This document shows positions 61,214 to 64,000 of a stretch of DNA of 64,000 nucleotides, piece by piece. The translations under genes were made by a program, and so were the position numbers. The notes beneath the pieces were generated by a model that made no database searches, was not told the origin of the DNA, and saw only the letters and a list, made by a program, of their open reading frames with translations. Each line of letters starts with the position of its first letter. Positions within the stretch are counted from its first letter, which is position 1. Origin of the DNA: Candidatus Latescibacterota bacterium (lineage in GTDB: Bacteria > Latescibacterota > UBA2968 > UBA8231); NCBI GenBank assembly GCA_965223905.1, contig CBDCXV010000010.1:1824001-1888000 (forward strand), in the 5' to 3' direction.

Positions 61214-63142
61214 CTACATGTTGCTGAGAAACCGCCCCCGCTCGCCAATCAGCGAGAAGATAATCCCCCATACCCCGTTCACGGTGACCTCCCCGAGGAT
61301 GAGGCCGAGAAAGAAGGGCTTGAGGCTCTGATACAGTCGGGCGCCACCGTAGTGCAGGATGGTGAGCTTGATGACCCAGGCCACGGGGCAGGTGAACCAG
61401 ATGTAGCCGGTGAGCCAGCCGACGCTGAGGCCGAAACCGAGGGGGTGGAAGGGCCACCAGGCCCAGCGGTGCTGGGCCAACGAGAGCAAGCCCGACGCGA
61501 GACCGCCGATCGCCTTGAACAACCACCCGCGCATGCTGGCGTCGGGCGGATCGAGAATCTCTCTGGCGATGCGCGGCCATCCGTGCGCGCCCGTCCAGCT
61601 GATGCCGTTGAGATTGATGGCGCCATAGATGTGGGACAGGTAGATGGTCATGAAGGCGGCGCCGATGAAGCTCAGCGAAAGGGCGATCATCATGCCCCAG
61701 AAGAGACGCGTCTTCGAGCCGACAATGGATTCGGCGAGCTTGATCCCGTGAGCGCAGGCCACCATGGGTGAGGTTCGCGACTCTCCCTGCCACACGAAGG
61801 TGAAGTCGAGGGCCACCAGGCCTTTCGCACCCAGCGCCGAGGTGCCGAATCCGGATATAATGAAATAAGCGGGCACGTGAGGGCTTCTGGCCGTGGCCAC
61901 ACCCGCCGTGGTCACCGCCCGCGCCACCCAGATGAAGAAGATGAGGCTGACGACGACGAGAATGGGCACGAAGACGGCGGGCACCCCCGAGCGCCACAGC
62001 CAGACGCAGACGAACAGGAGGCTGGCGACGAAGCCGATGACGGCCGTGCGGTAGCGCAGCAGCTCCTCGCTGTCGTCGACGGCTGACGCGGGATTCCAGA
62101 CCTTCCGTGCCACATCCACGAAGTGCTGGCGGGCGGTCCAGAGGCCGAGGAGGACGAAGACGATGACGGCGCCCGTGGACTGATGGGTCAGGTCCGCGGA
62201 CTGGTGGTCATCGTAGCCGCTCTGCAACTCCGTGCTCCTGATGCCGAGGAAGGTGAACACAGCGTCTTCGACTTTGCAGAACAGGTAGAAGAACCAGATG
62301 CTGAAAGTGATCTGCAGATTGACGAGGTAGAAGAAACCGATCCAGGCGAAACTGAAGGCCATGGACAGGTGGATCATTCTGCGCCACAACGTGATCGTTT
62401 CCAGCCAGAAAGTGAACTCGGGCACGGCGGGATAGAACTCGTGCAGTCCCGTACAGCTGAAGTAGATGACGGGGATCAGGAAGCCGACCTACATGATGCC
62501 GTTGCGGAAGAGGGGCGCCAGCGCGCCGAGAGCACCCTCGCCGCCTTCGATCATCCTGTTCGGCAGCTCCATCATGGGGTAGCTGAGGCGTTCGTGCACC
62601 GACCACTGGCGGTGCAGGATGGAACTGACGCAGACGAGCATGAATCCGATGGCGATGATGAGGGCGAACCAGTAGGCCAGCGGCTCGAGCCACACGGACC
62701 AGGCGATGGAGGCGCCTTTCGGGAGGCCCTCGTAGAAGTGCATGATCGACTGCAAGTCCTGCGGCACGATCCACGTGGGGATGTGATCGTGGATGAGCTC
62801 GGCGTAGCGGTTCTCGGGCGTGGCGTAGTAGTAGGGATACACCATGGTGCCGATGAGGAAGAACATGAGCCCCCAGGTCGGCGTAGTGACCGCCATCAGG
62901 AGCATGCAGTAGACGAGGACGAGATCCGCCCGCGACAGCGTGAAGTGACGCGCCACGAGGCTGCAGAGAACGTTGACGACGAGGAGGACGAGGAAGAAGA
63001 AGATGGCGCCCGGCGACGAGGGGTTGAAGCCGATCTGGAAATACGTGAAGGCGAGGCCGTACGGAGCCGCCAGCCCGACGGCGAGGCTCATGGCCGCTCC
63101 GATGAGGAGTCCCTTCGAGGAAAAGGGGGAAGGGCAATTCAT
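61214..63142 (-). pseudogene. DUF6785/DUF6784-like membrane protein, copy 5, with a single TGG>TAG stop
   Basis: GIM*VGF at 62489-62491 versus IMWVGF in copy 4; both halves are in the same frame. Confidence 0.85.
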
Positions 63143-63234
63143 GAGACGCCTGGGATATGGATCACGTCTTGGCCCTCACTCCGACGGGTTCGGAGGTGAG
63201 GCTGGGGGAACAAAGATGGGGTCGCCTGCCTTCT

Positions 63235-63612
63235 TCAGAGCGATTTCACAGCGACTTGAGTGCCCGCCATCTGCTGGACGACGTGGTCGAGGCAATCGGC
63301 GGCTGACTCGAAGGGGTGATCGGGGTAGGACTCGAGGCTGAAGTTCAGGTCGTTCTCTCCGAAGGCGAGCATGTCGACGCCGGGTTTCGCGAGCTTTCGG
63401 GCGTTCGTGACGGCATTCACGGACTCCAGCTGCAGGATCAGGATGCCGTTGTCATTCCACCACTCGGCGTACTCCAGACGTTCGCCTCTGCCCTCGATGC
63501 CGTACCCTGAGCTGGGTCCCCAGCTCCGTTCGCCCTTCGGCGGATAGTAGAAGGCGTCGACGGCCTCGTCTACGGTGGCCTCGTCTTCGACCTGCGGCAC
63601 CATGATGGCCAG
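63235..63612 (-). pseudogene. HpcH/HpaI aldolase C-terminal fragment
   Basis: IMVPQVE, YYPPKGERSWG, LQLES, PGVDMLAFGENDL. Confidence 0.75.
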
Positions 63613-63782
63613 CGGCACGGTCTGTCCGTCGCGTGGAGATGCTCCATTGAATTCTGCGTGCTCATGCCGATTGACGCCATTCAGGTGGTGCGCGCTGTTC
63701 CGATGGGCTGAGAATCTGCACAGGTGCATACGTCCTTGGCCGCACGCAGGGCACACGCTTGGATCCACGCCCGTCACCTGAA
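63613..63782 (-). mobile_element. IS91-family transposase 3' remnant
   Basis: TGVDPSVCPACGQGRM, then frameshifted VQILSPSEQRAPP*; CPxC and RxPP are typical of the C-terminus of IS91 Y2 transposases. Confidence 0.6.
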
Positions 63783-64000
63783 CCTGAATCCGTGATCACT
63801 TCTATAGCAAATGGTCAAGTTTGATATTTAGCATGATCAGGCACTTCTCAACAGAGGATTTGGGTGTCAACGACTCGCCATTACGGCTGATGCCGCTGTC
63901 GGTGGCTCTCGACGTCGGTGGGAGTCGCAAGAACGGGCATACGGGTGCCTTGCGTACGGCGGAGAGTCGAGTGCGGGTGAGATCGTCGCCTTCAGGTGCA
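63783..64000 (-). mobile_element. Second IS1380 copy, running off the window
   Basis: Matches 49822 onward, including the IR CCTGAATCCGTGA. Confidence 0.95.

Noticed and set aside
62489-62491. Amber readthrough or pyrrolysine recoding
   Set aside because: It aligns with a Trp (TGG) in the paralogue; TAG is an ordinary stop in other genes here; a single transition explains it

Overview
GC-rich bacterial accessory region with no housekeeping genes, rRNA, tRNA or CRISPR. The gene families suggest an FCB-superphylum organism such as Ca. Latescibacterota or a Poribacteria-like lineage (inference only). Contents: (i) five paralogues of a ~660-aa polytopic membrane protein (DUF6785/DUF6784-like); (ii) four paralogous secreted proteins with a discoidin-like core and a C-terminal 'PNxxTPNGDxxND...VxY*' FlgD-Ig/T9SS-B-like domain, three of them clustered with an ~890-aa putative beta-barrel protein and a GT-C/TPR glycosyltransferase; (iii) FG-GAP/ASPIC-UnbV, TPR, LamG and FGE-sulfatase proteins; (iv) glycan or small-molecule catabolic enzymes; (v) a vapBC module; (vi) IS256, two ISL3, IS110, two IS1380, an IS91 remnant and a MITE; (vii) many gene fragments joined by deletions. 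The most unusual signals are two 24/30-bp hairpin mini-insertions sharing a CCTGTCTGC...GCACAGGCAGG scaffold, without target duplication, in one ISL3 copy; a C-terminal 'T[AP]Vxxx[TS]W[GA]R[IV]K' tag on unrelated proteins; and a candidate barrel + surface protein + permease envelope system. All family assignments come from motif recognition, not database searches.
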